Source: Gloeobacterales cyanobacterium
GTDB lineage: Bacteria > Cyanobacteriota > Cyanobacteriia > Gloeobacterales > PMM-0068
Reading direction: 5' to 3'
NCBI GenBank assembly: GCA_038245785.1
Contig: JBBRSB010000026.1
Span: 1-64,000, forward strand
DNA length: 64,000 nucleotides
The number at the start of each line of letters is the position of its first letter. Position 1 is the stretch's first letter. The position numbers were made by a program, and so were the translations under genes. A model generated the notes under the pieces. That model ran no database searches. It saw only the letters and a program-made list of their open reading frames with translations, and had not been told where the DNA came from. Below are positions 39,175 to 49,099 of the stretch, in pieces.

Positions 39175-40140
39175 CTAGGCTACATCGAAGAATCCTAAGG
39201 CTAAATCCCAATCATCGGATGGAGAGGTTGGAATGGCAGGAGACGCTTGTTCAGACTCTTGAGGTTTAGATTCTTCTGCGCTTGTAGCGACTGCGACGGG
39301 CGCTTCTGTTGTAATAGGAGCTTGGACTGCTTCTGCGCTTGCAGCGACTTCATAGACCAACTCCTCTTGGGAGACTTCTTCTAACGAAGAGATAGCCTCC
39401 GGAGCTACAGGTTCTTGGGCTACTTCATACATGAGTTCTTCTTCTGCATCGTTAAGCGCAAGAGCTTCAACAGCGATAGGTTCTTGGGCCGCTTCTTGAA
39501 CTGCTTTATAGACTGGCTCTTCTTTGAAAACTGCTGCTGCGATAGGAACTGCTTCTGGCACTACTTCATAGAGGGTTTCTTCCGCTTCAAGAACTTCTGA
39601 TTCAGCCAAAGCTTTCGCAGCGATAGGCTCTTCTACCGTTTCAGGAACTTCTATTTCCACTACCGTTTCGCTCGCTACTTCAGGCACAGAGGGCTCTTCA
39701 GCGGCGACGGGCGCTTCCTCCAACATCGGCTGTTCTGTCCCGACAACATCGATCGGAAGATTCGCTTCCAGCTGTTTGACCGCTTCATCAACTTCTAGAG
39801 CCAGATGATCTAAATCCTGTTTCTCTGAGCTGAGTAAGCGTTCACAGTTCGTTTCTGCCTGTTCCGCTTCTTCTAAAGCCAATTGGAGTTCATCACCCAA
39901 AAGCGCCTGAAATTGCTGAAGCTCCTGGTTTTGATCTTCCATAGACTGGATTTTTTCATGGGCCTCTGCCAAATCTTTTTTGAGGTCCCGATAGGAAAGC
40001 AACAACTTGATCAAAATGCGTTTTAGTTTGCCATGCTCAACGTCTAAGTTGGCATAGCGACTCGCTAATTTGACATAGGCTTTGCTCAACTTCAAATAGC
40101 GTTCAGCCACAGGGGTAGCAGCAGGGCTCTCAGCGCTCAT
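39175..40140 (-). CDS. Hypothetical acidic protein with N-terminal coiled coil and E/A/V/P-rich repeats
   Basis: 321-aa ORF with repeated EEPIA / E.L(x)YEV units. Confidence 0.7.
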   Translation of the reverse strand: MSAESPAATPVAERYLKLSKAYVKLASRYANLDVEHGKLKRILIKLLLSYRDLKKDLAEAHEKIQSMEDQNQELQQFQALLGDELQLALEEAEQAETNCERLLSSEKQDLDHLALEVDEAVKQLEANLPIDVVGTEQPMLEEAPVAAEEPSVPEVASETVVEIEVPETVEEPIAAKALAESEVLEAEETLYEVVPEAVPIAAAVFKEEPVYKAVQEAAQEPIAVEALALNDAEEELMYEVAQEPVAPEAISSLEEVSQEELVYEVAASAEAVQAPITTEAPVAVATSAEESKPQESEQASPAIPTSPSDDWDLALGFFDVA

Positions 40141-40261
40141 AGGGACCTAGCTCAACAGAGATAACATCATCAGGATTCCCCAATTCAGCGCTCTGTAATC
40201 AAAGGCTCCGTTAAGCTTAAGAGCAGATTTGCATATAGTTGATAGTCAAAGGATAACCACC

Positions 40262-41134
40262 GTGAGCACACAACTCCTAGATGGCAAAGCGCTTGCCCAA
40301 AAAATTCAAGGACAACTCAGCGAAGAAGTGCGCATTCTTTCTCGAAAAGCAGGACGGGCTCCAGGGTTAGCCGTGATTTGGGTGGGGGACAATCCAGCGA
40401 GTAATGCCTATGTCGGCAATAAAGAAAAAGCCTGTGCCAAGGTCGGGATTGTTTCATTTAGCGAGCATCTAGCAGCGGACACTGCGCAAGAAGAACTAGA
40501 GCAGCTGATTGACCGGATGAATGCGGATGAAAGCATCGATGGCATTCTGGTGCAACTTCCTGTCCCAGACGGTCTAGATGGCGCAGCACTGACCCAACGC
40601 ATTCATCCTAATAAAGATGCGGATGGCCTGCACATGGTGAATTTAGGGAAACTCGTGCGGGGGGAGCCAGGACTGCGGAGCTGCACCCCTGCTGGCGTGA
40701 TGGCTATTCTAAAGGAAGCCCAAATTCCGCTAGCGGGAAAACATGCAGTCGTCGTTGGCCGCTCGATCCTGGTCGGCAAACCGATTGGGCTCATGCTTTT
40801 AGAAAAAAACTGCACTGTTACCTATGCGCATTCCCAAACCCCCGATCTAGCTAAAGTAACGAAAGAGGCTGATATCCTGATCGTTGCCGTAGGACGGCCT
40901 GAGATGATTACGGGCTCTATGGTCAAACCAGGAGCCGCCGTCATTGATGTAGGCATCAATCGGGTAACAGACTACGAAGGCAATACGCGTCTGGTTGGTG
41001 ATGTTGATTTTAAATCTGTACTATCCATCGCCGGTTGGCTCACTCCCGTTCCTGGAGGGGTTGGCCCGATGACGGTGACAATGCTGATGGCCAACACGAT
41101 TACAAGCTATAAGCATCGCCTCGGACTAATGTAG
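40262..41134 (+). CDS. folD: Bifunctional methylene-THF dehydrogenase/cyclohydrolase
   Basis: [35 protein letters not shown]. Confidence 0.97.
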   Translation: MSTQLLDGKALAQKIQGQLSEEVRILSRKAGRAPGLAVIWVGDNPASNAYVGNKEKACAKVGIVSFSEHLAADTAQEELEQLIDRMNADESIDGILVQLPVPDGLDGAALTQRIHPNKDADGLHMVNLGKLVRGEPGLRSCTPAGVMAILKEAQIPLAGKHAVVVGRSILVGKPIGLMLLEKNCTVTYAHSQTPDLAKVTKEADILIVAVGRPEMITGSMVKPGAAVIDVGINRVTDYEGNTRLVGDVDFKSVLSIAGWLTPVPGGVGPMTVTMLMANTITSYKHRLGLM

Positions 41135-41295
41135 TTGGGCAAAAACCCCTTTTTCGACTGCTTGCGTACTGCCTCATCAAGCCACTTTTCAAGGACAAAA
41201 GCTGAAATTTCTAAGTCTTCTACCGTGTCATCTTTCATGACAATAATTAGAGCATTCAGCTCCAAGGTACAGGGAAAGTACTTATTTATATGTAC

Positions 41296-41577
41296 TTATC
41301 GAGGGGATAAGGGAGATTGGAAATCGAGCGCATTAGGAATCGAAACGGGCTGCGTTTTCTTCTCTTTAGTAGATTCCGTTGGAACGAGCGATTGTTGTCC
41401 CTCATCCTCACCTCTCCCTAATGGCTTAGGAGCAAGAGCAGGCTCATCGGCTGGGACAACAGACATGGGTCTGACTGACAGCTCTTCTTGTGGTTGAGCA
41501 AACGCGACCATAGCCATAGAAGCACCTGCGATACCGATGCCAAGACATAGATTGAGAAGGGAAAATGAAAGATTCAT
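41296..41577 (-). CDS. Small exported hypothetical protein
   Basis: Signal peptide ending AFA, then a motif shared with the 42156 ORF. Confidence 0.7.
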   Translation of the reverse strand: MNLSFSLLNLCLGIGIAGASMAMVAFAQPQEELSVRPMSVVPADEPALAPKPLGRGEDEGQQSLVPTESTKEKKTQPVSIPNALDFQSPLSPR

Positions 41578-41827
41578 AAAGGAGAAGAACTCATATTAAA
41601 TTGCTCTAATTTTCATAATATAAAGCAAAGATTTAGATTTAATAAAGAATACAAAACAAAATTTCAAATATCGCCTGATTATGAAGAACTTACGTATTGT
41701 TTGTATGCTTTTTGTAAAGAGCAGAGGGCTTTTAAGGTGATACTAAGACAATCAAGGACGAAATGCTCGACAGGACATCTTTGGAAATCTATCGAGCATT
41801 TAGTTTTATGTACGGAAGCCCTTAGCA

Positions 41828-42112
41828 CTAGCTTTTTCTACATAGTTGCTTGAGTGAAGTTGCCAAGATAGCCCTTAACAGGTGAGCCTTAGCCTTATCT
41901 GAGCGCGCATCATGCATAAATTTTTCCGCTCTATAGCCATGATGAGCAGCGCGCAGAGTATTTAAAAATGCGTAGTAGAAATTCAACTTTTCCGGTAAAG
42001 ACTGAGAAGAATTGGCTAGACACTGTTTGAGGACAGGTCCTGAAGTCTTTAGTTCTTCATTGAGAAGGACATTCAGTGCCTGTACGTCAATACTGCTGGG
42101 GAGTGATACCAT
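41828..42112 (-). CDS. Hypothetical protein
   Basis: 94 aa with an AGGAG RBS before the ATG. Confidence 0.6.
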   Translation of the reverse strand: MVSLPSSIDVQALNVLLNEELKTSGPVLKQCLANSSQSLPEKLNFYYAFLNTLRAAHHGYRAEKFMHDARSDKAKAHLLRAILATSLKQLCRKS

Positions 42113-42155
42113 AAGCTCCTTTTTCTTCTGTTTACTAGCTTGCTGATAGATAGAT

Positions 42156-42338
42156 CTATTTGATAGCCCTAGTTAGGGGTCTAGGAGCCAGCATCGGCTC
42201 ATCCGTCGGAGTGACAGATATCGGTCTAACCGACTCAGGCTCTCTGTAAAAAGACTGGAACAAGACGAAGAAGACGATTGCCAAAAGTGCTAGGCCCATG
42301 AAAGGGAAAGGCATTTTCAGCGGGAGAGAAAGTTTCAT
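42156..42338 (-). CDS. Small membrane-anchored/exported hypothetical peptide
   Basis: Hydrophobic segment followed by SVRPISVTPTDEPMLAPRPL. Confidence 0.65.
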   Translation of the reverse strand: MKLSLPLKMPFPFMGLALLAIVFFVLFQSFYREPESVRPISVTPTDEPMLAPRPLTRAIK

Positions 42339-42451
42339 GGCGCAAAAAGTATCCACATGAACAAAGTATAAAGCTGATACTTAGATTTCGTGTGTATTTC
42401 GCATTACACCCTTGTGACGATTGAGGACAGGAAACCTGGGCGGAGGGGGCA

Positions 42452-43771
42452 TTAGAGCAGACGAAGTTGGTCCAATCTCTCCTGGGTCATATTTCCTTCT
42501 GTCTCCGTAGGCGATTCCGTAGGTAGCGCTACTGATGCCTGCACCCGTTGAGCTCCTTCTCCTTCCAAGAGACGCTGAGCAGCGGTGATCAGATCTCGCT
42601 GAAGATCTTCTGAACTTTCCTGGGTTTGGAGATATTGCTTCAGGGCCTCCACCGGATTCAGGGTGCTATTCTCACCCAAACCAGGAACCCGAGGCTGTGC
42701 CAACTTGCTGATTAGCTGAGGTTGAATTTGATAGGAGAATGCAGGGGCAAGCGTACGTTGAATCTCTTCTAAGTCGATCTGATCTGCTTGATGGGCATGG
42801 AGACTGTAGCGCAATCGAATCACGCAACCATCCAGCGCAATGGACCCGATCGCCTTCAGCAAAGACGTTTGCGGGTCCAAGTTTTCAGCAAGGTCTAGTT
42901 GGATGGTCCGAAAAGAACGGGCAGGCAGCTTAACAAATTCATAGCGCGCAGGACCTTCTCCGATCTCAACGAGCATAAAGCCCTTATCTTCTTTCTCTTC
43001 CCCAAAATCAACGCGCTCAATCGAACCCGGATAAATGACAGGCGGGTTTTCACAAAGTATTTGATGCCGATGAACATGCCCAAGCGCGACGTATTCAAAT
43101 TCTGAACGAGCGACTAAAGATACAGGAAGACAGAACCCTTTTCCTACGGCAAGGTGACGCTCTGCGCCGTAGACGGCCCGGTCCATCATGGCATGGGCCA
43201 CCAAGAGAGAGGGCACCTTCGGGTCTAATCTACGGATTTCTCCTTCCAGCGCCGTCTCGATCCGCTGCACCAGCAGTTCATCCACCTGTTCCAGCGACAT
43301 TCCTCGGGTTACTTCCTTAGTCAGTAGAGTTGAGCGGTGCACCCAAGGTAAAGTCACCACCTGCACAGGTCCAGAGCGGGTTTCAATGCGGTGGGTCGTC
43401 AGACTATCCCCGACAACAAATCCTGGTACCCCTAGCGCTGTGTAGATATTTAAACTGGCAGAAGCGCCTGCCCGACCATAAAGGTCATGATTGCCTACGA
43501 GAAGCACCGTAGGGATATTGGCTTCTGAGAGACGTTTAAATTGACGGGCAAAAGCTTCCTGATGCGCGGGCTCTGGGGTGGCATTTGGAAAAGCATCTCC
43601 ACCAAACAGCACTAAATCCACCGCTTCACTAATCGCGCGGTCAATTACCATGCTCAAAGTGCTGACGAAATCTTCGAAACGAGTATTCTGCCCTGTACGG
43701 GGATTGATTCTTCCATGCAGTAAGCCAGACCCCAGATGGGTATCTGCCGTATGAAGGATGCGTATCACCAT
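42452..43771 (-). CDS. sbcD: Exonuclease SbcCD subunit D (Mre11 family)
   Basis: HTADTHLG, GGDAF, VGNHD, LGHVHRHQ, YPGSIERVDFGE. Confidence 0.95.
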   Translation of the reverse strand: MVIRILHTADTHLGSGLLHGRINPRTGQNTRFEDFVSTLSMVIDRAISEAVDLVLFGGDAFPNATPEPAHQEAFARQFKRLSEANIPTVLLVGNHDLYGRAGASASLNIYTALGVPGFVVGDSLTTHRIETRSGPVQVVTLPWVHRSTLLTKEVTRGMSLEQVDELLVQRIETALEGEIRRLDPKVPSLLVAHAMMDRAVYGAERHLAVGKGFCLPVSLVARSEFEYVALGHVHRHQILCENPPVIYPGSIERVDFGEEKEDKGFMLVEIGEGPARYEFVKLPARSFRTIQLDLAENLDPQTSLLKAIGSIALDGCVIRLRYSLHAHQADQIDLEEIQRTLAPAFSYQIQPQLISKLAQPRVPGLGENSTLNPVEALKQYLQTQESSEDLQRDLITAAQRLLEGEGAQRVQASVALPTESPTETEGNMTQERLDQLRLL

Positions 43772-44164
43772 AGTGCCGATGTGTATAAGTGTCCCTATAT
43801 TAGCGTTTCACTCAGCAAACTTTTCGCCCAACCGCGCTAATGCTATGCATAGGAGCATCAGAGACACTTCTCTATGGTTTGTATCAGAAATAACAAGTAA
43901 TTATACTCAGTCTTTCGATTAGTCTATTGATTATAAATCTGTGAATCTTAAGAGTTATTTCAGAATTGAGTGCGGAAATTGACATACCCTCGCTATTCGT
44001 CTTATGGTCAAGATACCCAATAAGAAACTTTTGTAAATTCTTCAGTGTTGTTTTGTATCAAATTGTAGCTAGAAATCAACTCTTTTTGAGGAGTGTGAGA
44101 CGGGTTCCGAAAGGCAAAACGAGTAAATAAGAATTTGCATTCCAAATCGAGGGGAGAGAAAAGA

Positions 44165-45031
44165 ATGGAAAGCGTCAGAACAGGCTTCAACCGGGACTCT
44201 GTTGGGCTTTATTTGCAGGAAATTGGCAGAATTCCTCTTCTAAAACCTGAAGAAGAGGTGGTTTTAGCCCGTCAAATTGCTGACGGAGGATCTAGAGGAG
44301 AACGGGCCAAGCGCAAGCTGGTCCAAGCGAACCTGCGTTTGGTAGTTTCTATTGCCAAGAAATATCTCAATCGCGGTGTACCTTTCCTCGATCTCATCCA
44401 AGAAGGTTCTATCGGCTTGATTCGTGCCGCTGAGAAGTTTGAACACGAACGAGGTTATAAATTCTCTACCTATGCTTATTGGTGGATTCGCCAAGCTATT
44501 ACGCGGGCCGTGGCTTCTCAGTCCCGCACTGTGCGTTTGCCCGTCCATATGGTCGAAAAGATCAATCGAGTCAAGAAGGTTCGCCGTCAACTGACGCAGG
44601 AGTTGGGGCGTGCTCCGGTCATCGAAGAAGTGGCCAAAGCGTTAGACATTGATGTAGACGAACTGGAAGCGATTACTCGTGCTTCCCGTCGGACCGTTTC
44701 GCTGAATGTGACAGTAGGAAAGGAAGAGGATACAGAACTGATCCAGTTGATTGAAGACCACGAGGTCCTTCCTCCAGACGAGAATCTGGACCGTGAAGCC
44801 CTATGCTCCGAAGTCAACGATCTGCTCGATCATCACCTTACCCCTCGGGAGCGAGATATCCTCTCCTTACGTTTTGGTCTATTAGACGGACAGCGCCACA
44901 CCCTCGATCAAGTAGGTCATATTTTTGGGCTTTCTCGGGAGCGGATTCGTCAAATTCAGGCTAAAGCCTTCCGCAAGTTGCGCCGCACCCGGCATCGCCA
45001 GCGTCTCTATGAGTGGATTGGCTTAGCCTAA
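44165..45031 (+). CDS. Group 2 sigma-70 factor (RpoD/SigA family)
   Basis: [50 protein letters not shown]; lacks region 1.1. Confidence 0.95.
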   Translation: MESVRTGFNRDSVGLYLQEIGRIPLLKPEEEVVLARQIADGGSRGERAKRKLVQANLRLVVSIAKKYLNRGVPFLDLIQEGSIGLIRAAEKFEHERGYKFSTYAYWWIRQAITRAVASQSRTVRLPVHMVEKINRVKKVRRQLTQELGRAPVIEEVAKALDIDVDELEAITRASRRTVSLNVTVGKEEDTELIQLIEDHEVLPPDENLDREALCSEVNDLLDHHLTPRERDILSLRFGLLDGQRHTLDQVGHIFGLSRERIRQIQAKAFRKLRRTRHRQRLYEWIGLA

Positions 45032-45044
45032 TCAATAGTTCTTC

Positions 45045-45797
45045 CTAGACCGAGTCCTCCCGTAAGGGGGGATTTTGTTTGTGGGAATCTTGATCATTAC
45101 TCCACATCATTTGCCGGAGCACACCCCGCAGCATGGCCACTTCTTCTGAGGTCAGCTCTGCTCGATTGAACAATCGACGGAATTTCTCTATTTTGCGTTT
45201 AGCGGTGTGGGGCTGTAGGTAACCGACCTCGAGCAAAGTCTCTTTTAGATGCTGATAAAACCCCTCTGTCTCTCCAGCGGTCGCTTGAGGTTGTAGGGTG
45301 ACACTCAAGGTCAATTCTTTTTGGATTTGTTGACTGAGGACATAGGCACAAATGGCTACCGCTTGGGCCAGATTCATTGAAGGATAATTTTGGGACGTGG
45401 GGATATAGACAAACCGCTGACAAAGGGCTAATTCCGCATTACTCAGTCCTCGGTCCTCCGGGCCAAAGACAAGCGCGACAGGTCCCGCATGACGCTGTTT
45501 TTCTAACCAAGCCAGCCCAATTTCAGGAGATTCGAGGGGGGCCGGGACCGTTCGCGTACGAGCCGTAGTGCCCACAACCGCTACACAATTGTTAAGAGCT
45601 TCGGGCAAGCTATCAACTATGGAACAACGACGCAGTAAATCTTTAGCATGCACCGACATATCTAGCGCTTGGGTATCAAACGGGTCACATTGAGGGGCAA
45701 CCAGCACGAGCTCTGAAAGATCAAAGTTTTTCATCGTGCGGGCGACAGCACCAATATTCAACGGACCTTTGGGTTGGACGAGCACTATTTTGATCAT
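45045..45797 (-). CDS. trmJ: tRNA/rRNA methyltransferase, TrmJ/LasT (SPOUT)
   Basis: NIGAVARTMKNF, VFGPEDRGLSNAEL, YPSMNLAQAV. Confidence 0.9.
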   Translation of the reverse strand: MIKIVLVQPKGPLNIGAVARTMKNFDLSELVLVAPQCDPFDTQALDMSVHAKDLLRRCSIVDSLPEALNNCVAVVGTTARTRTVPAPLESPEIGLAWLEKQRHAGPVALVFGPEDRGLSNAELALCQRFVYIPTSQNYPSMNLAQAVAICAYVLSQQIQKELTLSVTLQPQATAGETEGFYQHLKETLLEVGYLQPHTAKRKIEKFRRLFNRAELTSEEVAMLRGVLRQMMWSNDQDSHKQNPPLREDSV

Positions 45798-45851
45798 GGT
45801 TTTGAGTGAGTGACTTGAACCGTTGATCCCCGAGCTTGGTCACGTTGCACG

Positions 45852-45932
45852 ATCCCACCCTAGCCCTCCCCTTGCTAAGGGGAGGGAAGGGATCGCCATT
45901 TCCCCCCTTAGCAAGGGGGGATTAAGGGGGGT
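45852..45932. repeat. Cyanobacterial GC-rich dispersed hairpin repeat
   Basis: CCCTCCCCTTGCTAAGGGGAGGG and CCCCCTTAGCAAGGGGGG palindromes; a related degenerate copy lies near 22597-22632. Confidence 0.7.
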
Positions 45933-45991
45933 CGCAGCTTAAAGTTCTCTTTTGGCAGGAGGATCGCAAGAAGTTCATTGAGGATCTTAGC

Positions 45992-46489
45992 TCAGGAGTG
46001 CTCCAGAAGCTGATTCCATGCTTCCCAAGTTAGGTCTCGCCCTGGATAAGCTACGGCTTTGAAGGGCCAAGTTTCTTCGATCCAATTCTTGACGAAGCGG
46101 TGAAGCACCTCATCTAAACCATGGTTGTAGACAGAATCTCGGACCCATAGGAAAACGGCGGCCTCGAACGTCACCTTGGGCGAGGGAAAAATATACACGC
46201 AGCCAAGGCAGAGAGACTGATCTAGATTGACCACGGTATAGGCGAAAGAGGTCCGCATCTGGAACTCTTTCTGATGCCAGCCTAGATCGATCAGTTCTTG
46301 TTCCCTCGTGAGAGTTCCAGGCCAATCGGAGTTTTTACCGAAGACTGTGGAGAGGCGCTCAGTGCTGGACAGGACGGCCTCATAGTCTTGATCAAGGTCG
46401 TTGACCGTTAGCATCCTCAGCCGGAAGTAGGGAGTCTCTACTAAGTCTGGAACGTTGAAGTTAGTGGGGACCAGCGGAGGATTGAGCAT
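45992..46489 (-). CDS. GNAT-like N-acetyltransferase
   Basis: LRML...D...DYEAV, DLGWHQKEF..R.SFAYTV...CLGCVYIFP. Confidence 0.75.
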   Translation of the reverse strand: MLNPPLVPTNFNVPDLVETPYFRLRMLTVNDLDQDYEAVLSSTERLSTVFGKNSDWPGTLTREQELIDLGWHQKEFQMRTSFAYTVVNLDQSLCLGCVYIFPSPKVTFEAAVFLWVRDSVYNHGLDEVLHRFVKNWIEETWPFKAVAYPGRDLTWEAWNQLLEHS

Positions 46490-46704
46490 CGGACCCTTTT
46501 CTCAGGAGTAGGCTTTTTATAGTTGTCTTTCCCTTGACTTTGATGGCTTGTGCAGTCGATGATACGCCCGATCTAAGGTCATTTTTATGCGTAGTCAAAA
46601 ACAGCGGGCAAACCTCGCTACTTATTTAACCTCTTTCGCGGAATTCCCCATGCGCCCATGCGGTGGGGATGGATAGCGAGGAAGAATGATGGGTTCGATG
46701 CCCA

Positions 46705-47124
46705 TCATTCTTCCAATCTTCCTCCAGATTGATTTTGGATGTACTTTTTGACTATTTCTAAAGGTGCGCCACCACAAGAAATAATGCACTTAGAGTCATG
46801 CCAAAGTTTAGCTTTGCCCCAATAGACTTTATCGATTTCAGCCTTGAATTGCTGTCTCAAGACTCTGCTAGAAGCTGATTTCAGAGAAGCCAGTAAATCA
46901 GAAATATTGTTATCAGGATGTAAGTCAATCAATAAGTGAACATGATCCGGTTCACCGTTGAACTCGGTCAAAACAGACTGATTTGCCGTCAAAACTCTCT
47001 CTAGGACAGGTTTCATGACTTCTAACATTGGCTGGGTAAGAACTTTTCTCCTGTATTTGGTCACAAAAACGATATGCAGGTGAATCCTAAAAACAACATG
47101 AGACCCGCTCCTGAGTGAAGTCAT
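46705..47124 (-). CDS. tnpA: IS200/IS605 HUH (Y1) transposase
   Basis: HIVFVTKYRR, EPDHVHLL (HUH), LKSASSR, KKYIQNQ. Confidence 0.96.
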   Translation of the reverse strand: MTSLRSGSHVVFRIHLHIVFVTKYRRKVLTQPMLEVMKPVLERVLTANQSVLTEFNGEPDHVHLLIDLHPDNNISDLLASLKSASSRVLRQQFKAEIDKVYWGKAKLWHDSKCIISCGGAPLEIVKKYIQNQSGGRLEE

Positions 47125-47210
47125 ACAGCCTTCTAGTCATTGTTAAAACTACTGTTATACTGATTGTATGCATAAATATCGAGTGAATCAATAAACCAAG
47201 GTAATCATTC

Positions 47211-48563
47211 GTGGTGATGAGACGGCAGACATTTCGACTGTATCCAAACAAGGCTCAAGAAAAAGCTTTGTTTGAGGCACGTCGTTTGCACTGCTATCTA
47301 TACAATGCCTGTATTTCTCATCGTCAAACAGAGTACCGTCTAGGCAATAAAACGGTTGACTACTTGACTCAACAAAACCTCTTGCCTGCATTCAAGCAGG
47401 AATGGGTGGAGTTTGCGGTCTTGAATTCTCAGGCGTTGCAGGGCACAGTAAAACGGGTTGACCTGGCTTACCAGTCATTCTTCAAAGGATTACGCGGGAA
47501 GCCTAAATTCAAATCGATTCATAATTACTCAGGATGGACTTACACCTCGTTTACGGGGTGGAAAGTTGATACTGAGGGCAAGCATGGAACCATGATTCTC
47601 AAAGACTTGGGAATTGCTCTCAAGATGCGAGGCGAGGCTAAAGAATGGGGCAAACCGGGTACCTTGACCCTTGTTTATAAACCGTCCTTACGTCAGTGGT
47701 TTGCATCGTTCACGATTGAAGTCGCAGTAAAAGAAGCGAAGTTTGGATCTGATTCTGACCTCGCCTATCAATCGCTCGTGACCTATGACTTAGGAACTGA
47801 GACAGCGATTACGCTGTTTGATGGGACTGAGTTTGAGGAAATTGAAAATCCTCGATTCAGTCACAACAATGACGTAAAAGTTCGTAAAGTTGCTAGACAG
47901 AAAAGGAGGAAACGCGCCCCTAGAGAAGGTGTTAGGGCTTCACGCCGTTGGAAGAAAATCAACAAACGGGAATCCAATCTAAAAGCTAAGGTGTCTCGTC
48001 AGCGTCAAGACTGGCAGCACAAGATTACATCAGACATTGCAAGTCGTTATGACATCGGTGTAACTGAAAAGCTGAATACCAAAGGAATGACCCACAAAGC
48101 GAAGAAGGGGAGTAAGCGTAAGGCTCAGAAAGCAGGACTCAATAAGTCCATTTTGTCGGTTGGGTTTGGGACTCTCAACAAGATGGTCACTTACAAAATT
48201 GAGCAAAAAGGTGGACTTGTCTTGCAGCTTCCCACACGCATTATCAAACCATCGCAGCGATGCCCCAATTGTGGAGTCATTCATAAAGAATGGGCACAAC
48301 TAGGCAATCGGTACCATATCTGTTCTGATTGTGGATTTGAGGTTCCCAGGGATCAGGGATCTGCGATGGTGATGTACAACGTTGCGACAAATCAGCAACT
48401 GGGGCTAGGAACTAGCCTCATTAGTCTTGGATGCTTTAGCTCTACTTCGCAGACTCGTAAACATACGGGTTCTATGAAGCAACTAGGGCAAATAAAGAGA
48501 CAGAAATCTAACCCTGTAGACGGAGGGGTTTCGGAAACCCCATCTGCCTACGCGGTGGGGTAG
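47211..48563 (+). CDS. tnpB: RNA-guided endonuclease TnpB
   Basis: FRLYP N-terminus, RuvC I YDLG, RuvC II TEKL, zinc finger CPNC..CSDC, RuvC III RDQGSA. Confidence 0.94.
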   Translation: MVMRRQTFRLYPNKAQEKALFEARRLHCYLYNACISHRQTEYRLGNKTVDYLTQQNLLPAFKQEWVEFAVLNSQALQGTVKRVDLAYQSFFKGLRGKPKFKSIHNYSGWTYTSFTGWKVDTEGKHGTMILKDLGIALKMRGEAKEWGKPGTLTLVYKPSLRQWFASFTIEVAVKEAKFGSDSDLAYQSLVTYDLGTETAITLFDGTEFEEIENPRFSHNNDVKVRKVARQKRRKRAPREGVRASRRWKKINKRESNLKAKVSRQRQDWQHKITSDIASRYDIGVTEKLNTKGMTHKAKKGSKRKAQKAGLNKSILSVGFGTLNKMVTYKIEQKGGLVLQLPTRIIKPSQRCPNCGVIHKEWAQLGNRYHICSDCGFEVPRDQGSAMVMYNVATNQQLGLGTSLISLGCFSSTSQTRKHTGSMKQLGQIKRQKSNPVDGGVSETPSAYAVG

Positions 48564-49034
48564 TTCATGAGGAATTCCCTTAATCCTCGTTATTTCAGCT
48601 TGTAGCCCCAACACAGCGCCGAAAGAAACCGCCAGTCCCACCACGGCTACAGCGAATCTCAGCGCTGCCCAATCTGCTCAAGCGCTCTACAACCGTCTTC
48701 TAGAAGTTGACCCCAAACAGCAATACTTTGCTCGGCAGTATGTCTTTGCCACAGACCCGAAGAAGAATCCAGCAGAACCGGCCGAAGCCGTAAAGATTCC
48801 CGCCAATGGCGCTTGGCTCAAGTTATCTAGCTCAGAGAAACAGCAATGGCTGGATAAACTCAAGCAGGTCACGGGCATGAAAACCCCAAAAGTCCTGGTG
48901 GTAGGGCCTGGGGGGACTAAAGCGGCTTTGATCGACTGCAGCAGGTCGCCTTGCAAAAAAGAAGTCTATTGACCACTGTCAGCGGTTATCAAGACAGCGC
49001 CTAGCTCGTGTTAACCTAGTAAAGCTGATATTTT

Positions 49035-49090
49035 CACACCTCCAGAGCATTCGGGTGCTTTTGGGTTTCTGGGGGGACGTTTAACCCGAA
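49035..49090 (+). promoter_or_regulatory. Putative rpsB (S2) autoregulatory leader RNA
   Basis: Stem CCTCCAGA/TCTGGGGG, an inner GCA-TTCGGG-TGC hairpin, and possible GGGT/ACCC pseudoknot pairing just upstream of the RBS. Confidence 0.55.
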
Positions 49091-49099
49091 GGAGAAAAA

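Larger units (their letters stand above)
46630..48568. mobile_element. IS200/IS605-family element with divergent tnpA and tnpB
   Basis: Related subterminal hairpins CCCCAT..GC..GCGGTGGGG at both ends. The right end is ...GTAGTTCAT, the element sits 3' of TTTAA, and there is no target duplication. Confidence 0.92.
46587..48972 (+). pseudogene. Lipoprotein gene (148 aa when rejoined) interrupted by IS605
   Basis: 46587..46629 joined to 48569..48972 reads in frame MRSQKQRANLATYLRGIPLILVISA-C SPNT..., with the lipobox ISAC. Confidence 0.8.

Noticed and set aside
46630..48568. IStron (self-splicing intron-IS605 chimera) preserving the lipoprotein gene
   Set aside because: Only ~75 bp lie between the left end and the tnpA stop, and tnpA is divergent. 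There is no room for a group I intron core.
48687..48956. 89-aa minus-strand ORF
   Set aside because: It is antisense to the IS-interrupted lipoprotein frame.
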